DNA of 32,000 nucleotides from Candidatus Saccharimonadota bacterium (GTDB lineage Bacteria; Bacteroidota; Bacteroidia; Flavobacteriales; Blattabacteriaceae): NCBI RefSeq assembly GCF_014252415.1, contig NZ_CP059223.1, forward strand, positions 360,001-392,000. The letters run 5' to 3'. This document shows positions 1 through 9,462 of the stretch, piece after piece. Under the pieces are notes generated by a model. It was not told the DNA's origin and searched no databases. It saw only the letters and a program-made list of their open reading frames with translations. Numbering within the stretch: position 1 is the stretch's first letter; each line of letters begins with the position of its first letter. The translations under genes were made by a program, and so were the position numbers.

Positions 1-49
1 TTCCGAATGCAATAAATAAATATCCAAAAATAAATACTAAAATTACCAT
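1..49 (-). CDS. Possible 5' end of a downstream gene; the hydrophobic N-terminus MVILVFIFGYLFIAFG... runs off the window
   Basis: An ATG (reverse complement of 47-49) lies 19 nt downstream of the eno stop and opens a frame that reaches the window edge. Only 16 codons are visible and they look like a transmembrane helix. No homology can be judged. Confidence 0.2.
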   Translation of the reverse strand, partial: MVILVFIFGYLFIAFG

Positions 50-68
50 TTATTTATTAAATAATGGA

Positions 69-1361
69 TTAATTAATTTCTCCCCATTTTGGATGATATG
101 AATTTTTACCTAAATATTCTTCAATTCTCAATAATTCATTATATTTCGATGTTCGTTCTGAACGACATATAGATCCTGTTTTTATTTGTCCAATATTAAA
201 TGCTACACATAAATTTGATATAAAAGTATCTTCTGTTTCTCCAGATCTATGAGAAATTATATTTTTATATTTATTTGATTTTGCAAAATTTATTGTATCG
301 ATTGTTTCTGTTAATGTACCTACTTGATTTAATTTTATTAAAATAGAATTAGCAATTTTTTTTTCTATTCCTATTTTTAACTTATTTACTTGAGTAACAA
401 ATAAATCATCTCCAACTAATTGTATTTGATCTCCTATTTCATTTGTTAACATTTTCCAACCTTTCCAATCATTTTGATCCATACCATCTTCAATAGAAAT
501 AATAGGATATTTATTAACTAAAAACGATAAATATTGTACATGTTCCTCTCTAGATTTTATATAAGATGTTTCTGTTTTATTCTCAAATTTAGAATAATTA
601 TATTGATTATTTTCATAAAATTCTGATGCAGCACAATCTATTGCTATTCCAATATCATCATAAGGTTCATATCCTGAGGTATATATAGCATCTAATATAT
701 GATCTAAAACTAATTCCGATCCTTTAATATTAGGAGTAAAACCACCTTCATCTCCTAAACTAGTAGATAAACCTTTTTTATTAAAAATATATTTTAATTG
801 ATAAAAAATTTTATGAATAATTTGTAATGAATCTATTAAATTTTCCCCTTTAGTTGGTACTAACATAAATTCTTGAAAAGCAATAGATGCGTTAGAATGT
901 TTTCCCCCATTTATTATATTTACTAACGGTATTGGTAATGAATGAGCATATAATCCACCTATATATTTATAAATAGGAATATTCAATTCAATAGCAGCTG
1001 CTTTTGCAGCTGCTATTGAAACAGCTAATATGGAATTAGCTCCTAATTTTTTTTTATTATTAGTACCATCAAGACTTAACATTAAGTTATCAATATTTAT
1101 TTGATCTAATACAGATTTTCCTATTAATTCTGGAGAAATAATATTTACAATATTATATATAGACTTCATTACACTTTTTCCTAAAAAAAAATTATTATCT
1201 TTATCACGCAATTCAATTGCTTCATTTATTCCTTTAGACACACCTGATGGTATTGACGCTCTACCTATTACATTATTTTTTGTTATTAAATCTACTTCTA
1301 CTGTAGGATTACCTCTAGAATCTAATATTTGTCTTGCTTTAATAGATTTTATATAAGTCAT
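69..1361 (-). CDS. eno: Enolase (phosphopyruvate hydratase)
   Basis: Full-length 430-aa ORF with an ATG start. Enolase motifs are present: SHRSGETED, VGDDLFVTQ and the N-terminus IKARQILDSRGNPTVEVD. Confidence 0.98.
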   Translation of the reverse strand: MTYIKSIKARQILDSRGNPTVEVDLITKNNVIGRASIPSGVSKGINEAIELRDKDNNFFLGKSVMKSIYNIVNIISPELIGKSVLDQINIDNLMLSLDGTNNKKKLGANSILAVSIAAAKAAAIELNIPIYKYIGGLYAHSLPIPLVNIINGGKHSNASIAFQEFMLVPTKGENLIDSLQIIHKIFYQLKYIFNKKGLSTSLGDEGGFTPNIKGSELVLDHILDAIYTSGYEPYDDIGIAIDCAASEFYENNQYNYSKFENKTETSYIKSREEHVQYLSFLVNKYPIISIEDGMDQNDWKGWKMLTNEIGDQIQLVGDDLFVTQVNKLKIGIEKKIANSILIKLNQVGTLTETIDTINFAKSNKYKNIISHRSGETEDTFISNLCVAFNIGQIKTGSICRSERTSKYNELLRIEEYLGKNSYHPKWGEIN

Positions 1362-1789
1362 TTTTTTATTTTTTTCTTTTTACTTCTTCTTACACTTTTA
1401 AACTTCTTTTTAGTATGAAAAAAAGAAGTTGTATTAAAATCTACTAATTCAATAAATGAAATAGGAGATTGATCTCCATAACGAAATCCTACTTTTAATA
1501 TTCTTGTATATCCACCTAAGCGTTCTCTTACTTTTTTAAATGAATCTTTAAATAATTCAAAAACTGCTTTTTTATCTCTTAAATAAGAAAATATAATTCT
1601 TCTAGAATGAACAGTATTAATTTTTGATTTAGTTATAATTGGTTCAATATATTTTCTTAATTCTTTTGCTTTTGCTAAACTTGTAAATATCCTTTTTTCT
1701 TTTATTAAAGAAGATGCCATATTAGATAAAATAGATTTTCTATGTCCGTATTTTCTACTTAATGGATTATTTTTTTTTCCATGATTCAT
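1358..1789 (-). CDS. rplQ: 50S ribosomal protein L17
   Basis: The N-terminus MNHGKK..LSRKYGHRKSILSNMASSLI is typical of L17. The gene sits after rpoA. Its TGA stop overlaps the eno ATG (ATGA). Confidence 0.96.
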   Translation of the reverse strand: MNHGKKNNPLSRKYGHRKSILSNMASSLIKEKRIFTSLAKAKELRKYIEPIITKSKINTVHSRRIIFSYLRDKKAVFELFKDSFKKVRERLGGYTRILKVGFRYGDQSPISFIELVDFNTTSFFHTKKKFKSVRRSKKKKIKK

Positions 1790-1807
1790 AATTATAAATG
1801 ATTTTAA

Positions 1808-2824
1808 TTATTTTTTATTTTCATTTATTTTATATTCTGATGTCTTCATTCCAAATGATAAACCTTTTTCTTTCATTTTTATTTCTAATTCTTCTAAAGA
1901 TTTTTTACCGAAATTTCTCATTTTTAACATAGAACTTCTATTACAATTTACTAATTCTTCTATAGTATTTATAGATGCTGATTTTAAACAATTTTTTGTA
2001 CGTACAGATAGATCCATTTCAGTTAATTTAGATCTTAATAAAGCACGCATTTTTAAAAATTCTTCATTATATTTTCTTTTATTTTTTCCTATTTTTTCTT
2101 TATCTTTTTTATCTATTTTTTCTTTTGAAAATAAAGAAAAATATTGAATTAATATTTTGGATGCCTCCATTAATGCAGATTTTGGTGAAATAGATCCATC
2201 AGTTGTTATTTCTAATAATAAATTTTCAAAATCAGTTTTTTGTCCAACTCTACAATTTTCTATTGTATATTTTACATTTCTAATTGGAGTATAAATTGAA
2301 TCAATTGGAATAGTTCCTATTAAAGAAGATTCAACATTACTATTTTTTTTATTTTCTTCTGCAGAAACATATCCTCTACCTTCTTCAATTGTAAAACTCA
2401 TATTTAAAACAACAGATTCTTCTTTTTTACAAATAATTAGATCATGATTTAATATTTTAAATCCAGATATAAATTTATTTAAAACTTTTCCATCTATAAT
2501 TTCATTTTGTTTTATTGAAACATTAACTATCTCTTTCTTAACATCTTGGATTATTCTTTTTAATCTAATTTTTTTGAAATTTAACACCATTTCTGTTACA
2601 TCTTCAATAACTCCATCTATAGTAGAAAATTCATATTTTATTCCTTCAATTCGAATAGATGTAACGGCAAATCCTCTTAATGAACTTAATAAAACTCTTC
2701 TTAAAGAATTACCTAATGTAATTCCATAACCTGGTTCTAATGGTTTTAAATGAAAAACTCCTCTATAATCTGAAAACTCAGTAACCAAAATTTTATCTGG
2801 TTTAATGAAATCTAAAATAGTCAT
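1808..2824 (-). CDS. rpoA: DNA-directed RNA polymerase subunit alpha
   Basis: 338 aa. The N-terminal-domain motif GYGITLGNSLRRVLLSS and the C-terminal-domain helix-hairpin-helix LSVRTKNCLK are present, joined by a Lys/Glu-rich linker. Position is the conserved alpha-operon one. Confidence 0.97.
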   Translation of the reverse strand: MTILDFIKPDKILVTEFSDYRGVFHLKPLEPGYGITLGNSLRRVLLSSLRGFAVTSIRIEGIKYEFSTIDGVIEDVTEMVLNFKKIRLKRIIQDVKKEIVNVSIKQNEIIDGKVLNKFISGFKILNHDLIICKKEESVVLNMSFTIEEGRGYVSAEENKKNSNVESSLIGTIPIDSIYTPIRNVKYTIENCRVGQKTDFENLLLEITTDGSISPKSALMEASKILIQYFSLFSKEKIDKKDKEKIGKNKRKYNEEFLKMRALLRSKLTEMDLSVRTKNCLKSASINTIEELVNCNRSSMLKMRNFGKKSLEELEIKMKEKGLSFGMKTSEYKINENKK

Positions 2825-2868
2825 ATTTTGATTTTACTGTTATTTTTTTTATAGTATTTTAAATATTA

Positions 2869-3474
2869 TTATTTTGAATATAATTCTACAATTAGTTGTT
2901 CTTTTATATTTTCAGGTATTTGATTTCTACTTGGTATAGATTTAAATTCTCCACACATATTTTTTTCATCTAACATTAACCAATCAACTATATTATTCCC
3001 TTTTTTATTGGATAATGATTCTATTACCACTGGATGTTTTTTATTTTTTAATAAAATTTTATCTCCAGGTTTTAATCTAAATGAAGGAATATTAACTACA
3101 CAATTATTTACTATGATATGTTTATGAGATATCAATTGACGAGAAGAAAACCTAGAAGGGGTAAAATTTAGTCTAAATACAATATTATCTAATCTACTTT
3201 CACAAAATTGCAATAATAATTCTCCTGTAACCCCTTTTTTTCTAGAAGCTTCAATAAATAATTTTTCAAAATGACGTTCTAATATACCATAAATATATTT
3301 TGCTTTTTGTTTTTCTAATAATTGAAAAAAATATTCCGATTTTTTTCCTCTTCTCCTATTAGTAACATAATTTATAGGTAAATGTTTTCTTCTATTAAAA
3401 TACTTATCTTCTCCAAAAAGACTTTCCCCAAACCTTCTAGAAATTTTTGTTTTAGGACCTATATATCTAGCCAT
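2869..3474 (-). CDS. rpsD: 30S ribosomal protein S4
   Basis: N-terminus MARYIGPKTKISRRFGE; 201 aa; lies between rpsK and rpoA. Confidence 0.97.
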   Translation of the reverse strand: MARYIGPKTKISRRFGESLFGEDKYFNRRKHLPINYVTNRRRGKKSEYFFQLLEKQKAKYIYGILERHFEKLFIEASRKKGVTGELLLQFCESRLDNIVFRLNFTPSRFSSRQLISHKHIIVNNCVVNIPSFRLKPGDKILLKNKKHPVVIESLSNKKGNNIVDWLMLDEKNMCGEFKSIPSRNQIPENIKEQLIVELYSK

Positions 3475-3498
3475 AAAATATTTTATATTTTTTTAAAA

Positions 3499-3885
3499 TT
3501 AAACTCTTCTTCTTTTAGAAGGCCTACATCCATTATGTGGTAATGGTGTAATATCTTTAATCATAGTAATTATTAAACCAGAATTACTTAATGCTCTTAT
3601 AGCCGCATCTCTTCCAGCTCCTGGTCCTTTTATTTTAACTTCTACTTTTTTTAATCCTGCATTTAATCCCTTTTTTGCTACATTTTCTGCTGTAATTTGT
3701 GCAGCGTATGGAGTATTTTTTTTAGATCCCTTAAAATTCATTTTTCCTGCAGAAGACCATGCAATTACTTCCCCCTTTTTATTTGTTAAAGATATTATAA
3801 TATTATTAAAACTTGATTGTATATGAGCTTCTCCTATTGCATCAACTAATACTAATTTTTTTTTCTTGGAGGATTTATTATTCAT
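3499..3885 (-). CDS. rpsK: 30S ribosomal protein S11
   Basis: [27 protein letters not shown] and the C-terminus [13 protein letters not shown] are S11 hallmarks. Confidence 0.97.
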   Translation of the reverse strand: MNNKSSKKKKLVLVDAIGEAHIQSSFNNIIISLTNKKGEVIAWSSAGKMNFKGSKKNTPYAAQITAENVAKKGLNAGLKKVEVKIKGPGAGRDAAIRALSNSGLIITMIKDITPLPHNGCRPSKRRRV

Positions 3886-3894
3886 ATATTTATT

Positions 3895-4275
3895 TTATTT
3901 TGTAACCTTTTTTTTGTTTGCTACAGTTTTCTTTTTTCCTTTTTTAGTCCTACAATTATTTTTAGTTTTTTGTCCTCTTAATGGTAAACCTTTTCTATGT
4001 CTTATACCAATATAACTTTTTATGTCTATTAAACGTTTAATATTAAATTGTACTTCTGATCTTAATTCCCCCTCTATTTTTATATTATCAGATATATATT
4101 TACGTATTTTACTGATTTCCTCATCAGACCAATCTTTAACTTTTTTATTTTCATTTATATCCAAAAAATTTAATATTTTTTTTGATATATTTTTTCCAAT
4201 ACCATAAACGTATGTTAAACCTATTATACCTCTTTTAGAAAGAGGTAAATCTATTCCCGATATTCTTACAGACAT
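3895..4275 (-). CDS. rpsM: 30S ribosomal protein S13
   Basis: [11 protein letters not shown]... and [18 protein letters not shown] motifs; conserved operon position. Confidence 0.97.
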   Translation of the reverse strand: MSVRISGIDLPLSKRGIIGLTYVYGIGKNISKKILNFLDINENKKVKDWSDEEISKIRKYISDNIKIEGELRSEVQFNIKRLIDIKSYIGIRHRKGLPLRGQKTKNNCRTKKGKKKTVANKKKVTK

Positions 4276-4283
4276 AAAATTAA

Positions 4284-4400
4284 TTATCCTTGTTTTTGTT
4301 TGAATTTTGGATTTTTTTTGTTTATAATTCGTAATCTACCTTTTCTAATTACAATTATACAATTATTAGTTCTTTTTTTTAAAGAAGCTTTTACTTTCAT
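4284..4400 (-). CDS. rpmJ: 50S ribosomal protein L36 (38 aa); absent from the supplied ORF track
   Basis: My manual translation of the minus strand gives [38 protein letters not shown]. This is colinear residue-for-residue with the L36 family (MKVRAS.KK...C.I..R.G...I...NPK.KQ.QG). It sits exactly in the conserved infA-rpmJ-rpsM slot. ATG at 4398-4400, TAA at 4284-4286. Confidence 0.93.
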   Translation of the reverse strand: MKVKASLKKRTNNCIIVIRKGRLRIINKKNPKFKQKQG

Positions 4401-4413
4401 AATTACATATTAT

Positions 4414-4629
4414 TTAATACCTATAAGTTATTCTTCCTCTTTCTAAATCATAAGAAGACATTTCTAATTTTACTTTATCTCCTGGAAGGATTTTTATATA
4501 ATGCATCCTCATTTTTCCAGATATATGAGCTTTTATAATACAACCATTTTCCAATTTTACTCGAAACATTGCATTTGGAGATGATTCTATTATTACACCA
4601 TCAACTTCAATATGCTTTTGTTTAGTCAT
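4414..4629 (-). CDS. infA: Translation initiation factor IF-1
   Basis: 71 aa. The S1-like fold sequence MFRVKLENG...[20 protein letters not shown]...RGRITYRY is present. Confidence 0.97.
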   Translation of the reverse strand: MTKQKHIEVDGVIIESSPNAMFRVKLENGCIIKAHISGKMRMHYIKILPGDKVKLEMSSYDLERGRITYRY

Positions 4630-4676
4630 TAAGAAACCTTAATTTCAAATTTATCATTATATAATATACACAAAAT

Positions 4677-6065
4677 TTATAATTTATTATATTTGATTCC
4701 ATGATTTTTCGTCATTAAATCATCATAATAATAATTTAATAAATAAATATTAACTTGCTGAGAAATATCTAATATAACACCTACAACTATTAGTAAAGAT
4801 GTACCTCCGTAAAATAAAGAAAAATTTTGAGTTACTCCCATTCTAAAAACTAAAGATGGTAATATCGCTATGATAGAAAGTAATATTGCTCCTGGAATTG
4901 TTATGCATGATAAAATATGATCTATATATTTTATAGTATTTTTTCCTGGTTTAATTTTAGGTATATGACCTCCATTTCTCTTTAAGTCATCAGCTATTTG
5001 ATTAACTGGAATAGTAATAGCTGTATAAAAAAAAGTAAAAATTATAACTAATATAGCAATAGTAAAATTATACCAAAATCCATATACATCTTGAAAAACT
5101 AAAAGAATTTTTTTTATTATAGGGTTTTCTATATAACTATAAAAAGTAATTGGAAGTAATATGATAGCTTGAGAAAATATTAATGGCATAACCCCAACAG
5201 CAGTCATTTTTAATGGTATATATTGATGTTTTTTATTAATTAATTGATTTTTATCCAAAAAAAAAGTTTTATAGTGGGATACATATTGAACTGGTATTTT
5301 TCTTATTGCCTGAATTATTATGATAGAAAATAAAATAACTAATATCCATAAAATTAATTCTAAAAATAATAATATTACTCCAATAAATCCTATATTTAAT
5401 TTTGAAGAAATTTCCTTAGTTATTGCAATAGGAAAACGAGCTATAATTCCAGACATAATAATTATTGATATTCCATTTCCTATTCCTTTATCAGTTATTT
5501 TATCTCCTAACCACATAGTAAATAAAGTACCAGAAGTTAATACTATTACTCCTATAATCCAAAATATACTTCTTCCATAAGAAGTATTTATATCGAGTAA
5601 ATATACAGAATTATAAAAAGAAGAAAATGGTATTAATTGTTTAGTTAAAGATATAAGATATAAAGGTGCTTGTATTAAACAGATACCAATAGTTAACCAC
5701 CTGGTAATAAGATTTATATATCTTCTACCGCTTTCACCCTCTCTTTGTAATCTATGTAAATTTGGAATAATTATACACATTAATTGCATTATAATAGAAG
5801 ATGAGATATATGGCATAATTCCTAAAGCTAGGATAGAAGCTCTATTAAAAGCACCTCCAGTAAAAGAGGATAAAATTTGTATTAATCCTTTAGATTTTGA
5901 GTTAAATTTTTCTATAAAATGATTAATTCCCAATGGATCAATTCCTGGGATTGGAATATATGCTCCAAAACGATATATTAATAATAAACTTAAAGTTATT
6001 ATTATTTTTTTACGTAATTCTTTTAAAATCCATATTTTATGGATTCTTTTAAAAAAAATACTCAT
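4677..6065 (-). CDS. secY: Preprotein translocase subunit SecY
   Basis: 462-aa polytopic membrane protein with the motif GGAFNRASILALGIMPYISSSIIMQL. It lies after rplO as in the spc operon. Confidence 0.97.
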   Translation of the reverse strand: MSIFFKRIHKIWILKELRKKIIITLSLLLIYRFGAYIPIPGIDPLGINHFIEKFNSKSKGLIQILSSFTGGAFNRASILALGIMPYISSSIIMQLMCIIIPNLHRLQREGESGRRYINLITRWLTIGICLIQAPLYLISLTKQLIPFSSFYNSVYLLDINTSYGRSIFWIIGVIVLTSGTLFTMWLGDKITDKGIGNGISIIIMSGIIARFPIAITKEISSKLNIGFIGVILLFLELILWILVILFSIIIIQAIRKIPVQYVSHYKTFFLDKNQLINKKHQYIPLKMTAVGVMPLIFSQAIILLPITFYSYIENPIIKKILLVFQDVYGFWYNFTIAILVIIFTFFYTAITIPVNQIADDLKRNGGHIPKIKPGKNTIKYIDHILSCITIPGAILLSIIAILPSLVFRMGVTQNFSLFYGGTSLLIVVGVILDISQQVNIYLLNYYYDDLMTKNHGIKYNKL

Positions 6066-6082
6066 AGTAGATGAATTTTATG

Positions 6083-6532
6083 TTATTTTCTTAATAATAC
6101 TTTTCCTCCCGCATTTTCTATAATATTTTTTGCTTTTTTACTAATTTTATTTACAAATATTTTTATTGAATCATGTATAATTCCTCTTCCTATTATTTTT
6201 ATAGGAATATTTTTTTTAGTGATATTTTTTTTTATTAACATTTCTATACAAAAAATATCTTTTTTATTTATTTTTTTTTTATTAATATAATCTTGTATTG
6301 TATCTAAATTAATTTCAATAAATTTTTTTCTCAAATTATTTTTAAATCCAAATTTAGGGATTCTTTTATGAAGTGGCATTTGTCCTCCTTCAAAACCAAT
6401 TTTATTGGAAAATCCAGATCTAGATTTAGCTCCTTTATGTCCTCTTCCACATGTTCCTCCTTTACCAGATCCTTGTCCTCTTCCTAAACGGATTCTATTT
6501 TTTTTTCTTTTTTTTTTATTAAAAATTGTCAT
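6083..6532 (-). CDS. rplO: 50S ribosomal protein L15
   Basis: GRGQGSGKGGTCGRGHKGAKSRSG motif. I prefer the ATG at 6532 (MTIFNKKK...) because it gives the usual distance to the GRG motif. An upstream ATG at 6568 (the ORF-track start) would overlap rpsE by 8 nt and cannot be excluded. Confidence 0.93.
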   Translation of the reverse strand: MTIFNKKKRKKNRIRLGRGQGSGKGGTCGRGHKGAKSRSGFSNKIGFEGGQMPLHKRIPKFGFKNNLRKKFIEINLDTIQDYINKKKINKKDIFCIEMLIKKNITKKNIPIKIIGRGIIHDSIKIFVNKISKKAKNIIENAGGKVLLRK

Positions 6533-6560
6533 GTAATTAACAATTTTATTTTTATCTGTT

Positions 6561-7097
6561 TTATCCATCTAATACTTTTTTTATAGATATTCCTCTTTGT
6601 TTTGATATAATATTAACATCTCTAATTTGACTAAGAGCTTTAATAGTAGCTTTAATAATATTATGATGATTAGAAGATCCTCTAGATTTAGATAAAATAT
6701 TTTTTAATCCAGTAATTTTCAGCACTGATCTTAAAGTTCCCCCTGCTATAATACCAGTCCCATTTGTTGCCGGAATAAGTAAGATACGAGCTCCACTATA
6801 TTTAGCTTCCTGTTTATGTGGTATAGTTCCATTTGATATACATACTTTGCATAAACTTCTTTTTGCTTGTTCTCCAGCTTTTCTAATTGCATCAGGAGCT
6901 TCCTTAGATTTTCCAAATCCATATCCTATAAATCCACTTTCATTTCCTTTTATGACTATTGCACTAAAACTAAAATATCTTCTTCCTTTAGTTACTTTAC
7001 AAACTCTTGTAACTCCAATTAATTTTTCTTTTAAATCTAATCCAAAATATTTTGTTCTTTTTTCTTTTCTTTCAGAAAAATTTTTTTTTTTTATCAT
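6561..7097 (-). CDS. rpsE: 30S ribosomal protein S5
   Basis: GRRYFSFSAIVIKGNESGFIGYGFGKSKEAPDAIRKA matches the S5 core; 178 aa. Confidence 0.97.
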   Translation of the reverse strand: MIKKKNFSERKEKRTKYFGLDLKEKLIGVTRVCKVTKGRRYFSFSAIVIKGNESGFIGYGFGKSKEAPDAIRKAGEQAKRSLCKVCISNGTIPHKQEAKYSGARILLIPATNGTGIIAGGTLRSVLKITGLKNILSKSRGSSNHHNIIKATIKALSQIRDVNIISKQRGISIKKVLDG

Positions 7098-7102
7098 ATT
7101 TT

Positions 7103-7420
7103 TTAAAATTCTAAACCAGAGGATCTTAATCCATCAATTAAAGCTTTTATTCTTCCGTGATATAAATAATTTTTTTTATCAAAGAAAAACTTATTTATTT
7201 TTAATTTTTTTGATTTCACTCCTAATAACTTTCCAACTTCATAAGATTGTTCGGTTTTATTTTTTTTTTTACTATCATTTTTTAATATTAAAGATGAATG
7301 TGATATTAATGTTTTTCCACATGAATCATCTATTATTTGTGCATATATTTCTTTATTACTTCTAAATATTGATAGTCTATATTTAGATTTTAAAATATTT
7401 TTTTTATATTTTTTTTTCAA
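7103..7420 (-). CDS. rplR: 50S ribosomal protein L18
   Basis: RLSIFRSNKEIYAQIIDD and the C-terminus YHGRIKALIDGLRSSGLEF are present. The start codon at 7418-7420 is TTG, and there is no in-frame ATG upstream of the conserved core. Confidence 0.94.
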   Translation of the reverse strand: MKKKYKKNILKSKYRLSIFRSNKEIYAQIIDDSCGKTLISHSSLILKNDSKKKNKTEQSYEVGKLLGVKSKKLKINKFFFDKKNYLYHGRIKALIDGLRSSGLEF

Positions 7421-7431
7421 AAAGTTATTTT

Positions 7432-7983
7432 TTAAGCAGATTTTCCAACTTTTTTTCTAACAATTTCATTTAAAAATCTTACTCCTTTTCCTTTATAAGG
7501 TTCAGGGGGTCTTAATGACCTAATTCTACAAGATAAAATACCTAATAATTGTTTATCATAAGATGTTAATGTAATTATATAATTTTTTCCTTTTTCTGAT
7601 CTTATTTTTAAGTTTACTTCAATAGGAATTTTAATCATAATATTATGAGAATAACCTAAATTTAAATCTAGAATTTTATTGTCTATTAAATAAGTAGCTT
7701 TATAACCAACTCCTATTAATTCCAATTCTTTTTTAAATCCTAATGAAACTCCAACAATCATATTATTTATTAATACACGATATAATCCATGTAAAGATCT
7801 AGATTTTTTATTTTCAAATTTTTTATCTACACGTAATATATTATTTGATATATTTATTTTAATTTTATTAGATATTTTTTGATGTAAAGTACCTAAATCT
7901 CCTTTCACTGTTAAAACATTTTTAAAAAATTTTAAATTAATATTATTAGGTATTATGATGGGTTGATTACCAATTCTAGACAT
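7432..7983 (-). CDS. rplF: 50S ribosomal protein L6
   Basis: The conserved N-terminus MSRIGNQPI begins at the ATG at 7983, and the PEPYKGKGVRF motif is present. The 15 extra upstream codons in the ORF track overlap rpsH and are not conserved. Confidence 0.96.
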   Translation of the reverse strand: MSRIGNQPIIIPNNINLKFFKNVLTVKGDLGTLHQKISNKIKINISNNILRVDKKFENKKSRSLHGLYRVLINNMIVGVSLGFKKELELIGVGYKATYLIDNKILDLNLGYSHNIMIKIPIEVNLKIRSEKGKNYIITLTSYDKQLLGILSCRIRSLRPPEPYKGKGVRFLNEIVRKKVGKSA

Positions 7984-7996
7984 GTTTATATATAGT

Positions 7997-8371
7997 TTAA
8001 TGAATATAACATAATATTTCACCTCCAATTTTATTTTTTTTAGCTTGTTTATTACTCATTACACCATATGATGTAGATATAATTGCTATTCCTAAACCAT
8101 TTAAAACACGAGGTAATTTTTTATATTTACAATATTTTCTTAATCCTGGTTTACTAATTCTTGTTATTTTTTTTATAACAGATTCTTTTCTATAATATTT
8201 TAATGCTATTTTAATTTTATTATTTTCTATCTTATAATCTGAAATATATCCATTTTCTAACAAAACATTAGAAATATTTTTCTTAGTATTAGAATACTCT
8301 ATTGTTAAAATTTTATGTTTAACAAGACACGCATTTCTAATTCTAGTTAAAAAATCGGAAATTGAATCCAT
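7997..8371 (-). CDS. rpsH: 30S ribosomal protein S8
   Basis: [14 protein letters not shown]... and the C-terminus GGEILCYI are typical of S8. Confidence 0.97.
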   Translation of the reverse strand: MDSISDFLTRIRNACLVKHKILTIEYSNTKKNISNVLLENGYISDYKIENNKIKIALKYYRKESVIKKITRISKPGLRKYCKYKKLPRVLNGLGIAIISTSYGVMSNKQAKKNKIGGEILCYIH

Positions 8372-8403
8372 AATTTTAATTAATTATTTTTTTACATTTA
8401 AAT

Positions 8404-8673
8404 TTACCAACTAGCTTTTTTAATACCTGGTATAAAACCTTGAGATACTAAATTTCTAAATACTATTCTAGATACTCCAAATTTTCGCATATATCCTCTA
8501 CACCTTCCGCTAATAGAACATCTATTTCTTAAACGAACAGGAGAAGCATCCTTGGGTAATCTTTGTAATAACTCATAACTTTTTGATTCTTTTAAAAATT
8601 TTCTTTTTTTTGAAAACTTTAATACTATTTTTTCTCTTTTTTTTTGTCTTGCTTTTACAGATTCTTTTGCCAT
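8404..8673 (-). CDS. rpsN: 30S ribosomal protein S14 (long form, 89 aa)
   Basis: [27 protein letters not shown]...ASW C-terminus; correct spc-operon position. Confidence 0.96.
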   Translation of the reverse strand: MAKESVKARQKKREKIVLKFSKKRKFLKESKSYELLQRLPKDASPVRLRNRCSISGRCRGYMRKFGVSRIVFRNLVSQGFIPGIKKASW

Positions 8674-8676
8674 ATT

Positions 8677-9240
8677 TTATTTATTTTTTTTAAAAGGTAT
8701 TCCAAGTAAAGATAAAAGATTTTTAGCTTCTAGATCTTTTTTAGTAGAAGTTACAAACGTAATATTCATCCCTAAATTTTTTATTATTTTATCAATATTT
8801 ATTTCTGGATAAATTATTTGTTCTGTTATCCCCATATTATAATTTCCAAAACCATCAAAACTATTATTACTTACTCCATTAAAGTCTCTAACCCTAGGTA
8901 ACGTAATAACAATTAATCTTTCTAAGAATTCATACATTTTATTTCTTCTCAATGTAACTTTAACTCCTATAGGCATACCTTTTCTAAGCTTAAAACTAGA
9001 TTCATCATGTTTAGAATAACAAGATACAGATTTTTGTCCTGTTATATTCGTTATTTCATTTAAAGAAGACTTTAGTATATTTTTATTATTTAAAACGGAA
9101 CTACCAATCCCTTGATGAATAACTATTTTCAATAATTTTGGAACTTCCATTACGGAAGAATAATTAAATTTTGTTTTTAAAGAATTAATTATATGATTAT
9201 TATATAGATTTTTTAATCTAGGTTGATATAATGAATTCAT
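8677..9240 (-). CDS. rplE: 50S ribosomal protein L5
   Basis: RDFNGVS..SFDGFGNYNMGITEQIIYPEI motif; 187 aa. Confidence 0.97.
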   Translation of the reverse strand: MNSLYQPRLKNLYNNHIINSLKTKFNYSSVMEVPKLLKIVIHQGIGSSVLNNKNILKSSLNEITNITGQKSVSCYSKHDESSFKLRKGMPIGVKVTLRRNKMYEFLERLIVITLPRVRDFNGVSNNSFDGFGNYNMGITEQIIYPEINIDKIIKNLGMNITFVTSTKKDLEAKNLLSLLGIPFKKNK

Positions 9241-9462
9241 TTATTTAATTTTTTTTAAATTAGACATATGTATAGGAGCTTCTTTTTCCAATATTTTTCC
9301 CTTAGGATTTTTTATTCCTGGTTTTATATGTTTTTTAATTATATTTATACCGTCTATAATAGATTTATTTTTTTTTGATAAAATTTTTTTTATAACTCCA
9401 CTTTTTCCTTTATGATTACCATATATTATAATAACTTTATCTCCCTTTTTTAATTTTTTCAT
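9241..9462 (-). CDS. rplX: 50S ribosomal protein L24 (short, 73 aa)
   Basis: KOW motif [23 protein letters not shown]. It lies between rplN and rplE. The C-terminal region looks truncated relative to typical L24 of about 100 aa. Confidence 0.93.
   Translation of the reverse strand: MKKLKKGDKVIIIYGNHKGKSGVIKKILSKKNKSIIDGINIIKKHIKPGIKNPKGKILEKEAPIHMSNLKKIK

Noticed and set aside
4284-4400. L36 has lost three of the four canonical zinc ligands. At the E. coli C11, C27 and H33 positions it has T, N and F; only C14 is kept.
   Set aside because: This appears to be the Cys-poor (C-minus) L36 type that I recall as normal for Bacteroidota, so it is not a symbiont-specific novelty. It should be confirmed by alignment.
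6847-7365. Plus-strand 172-aa ORF.
   Set aside because: It is antisense to rpsE and rplR, with a Phe/Leu/Ile-rich low-complexity translation typical of the reverse strand of Lys-rich genes.
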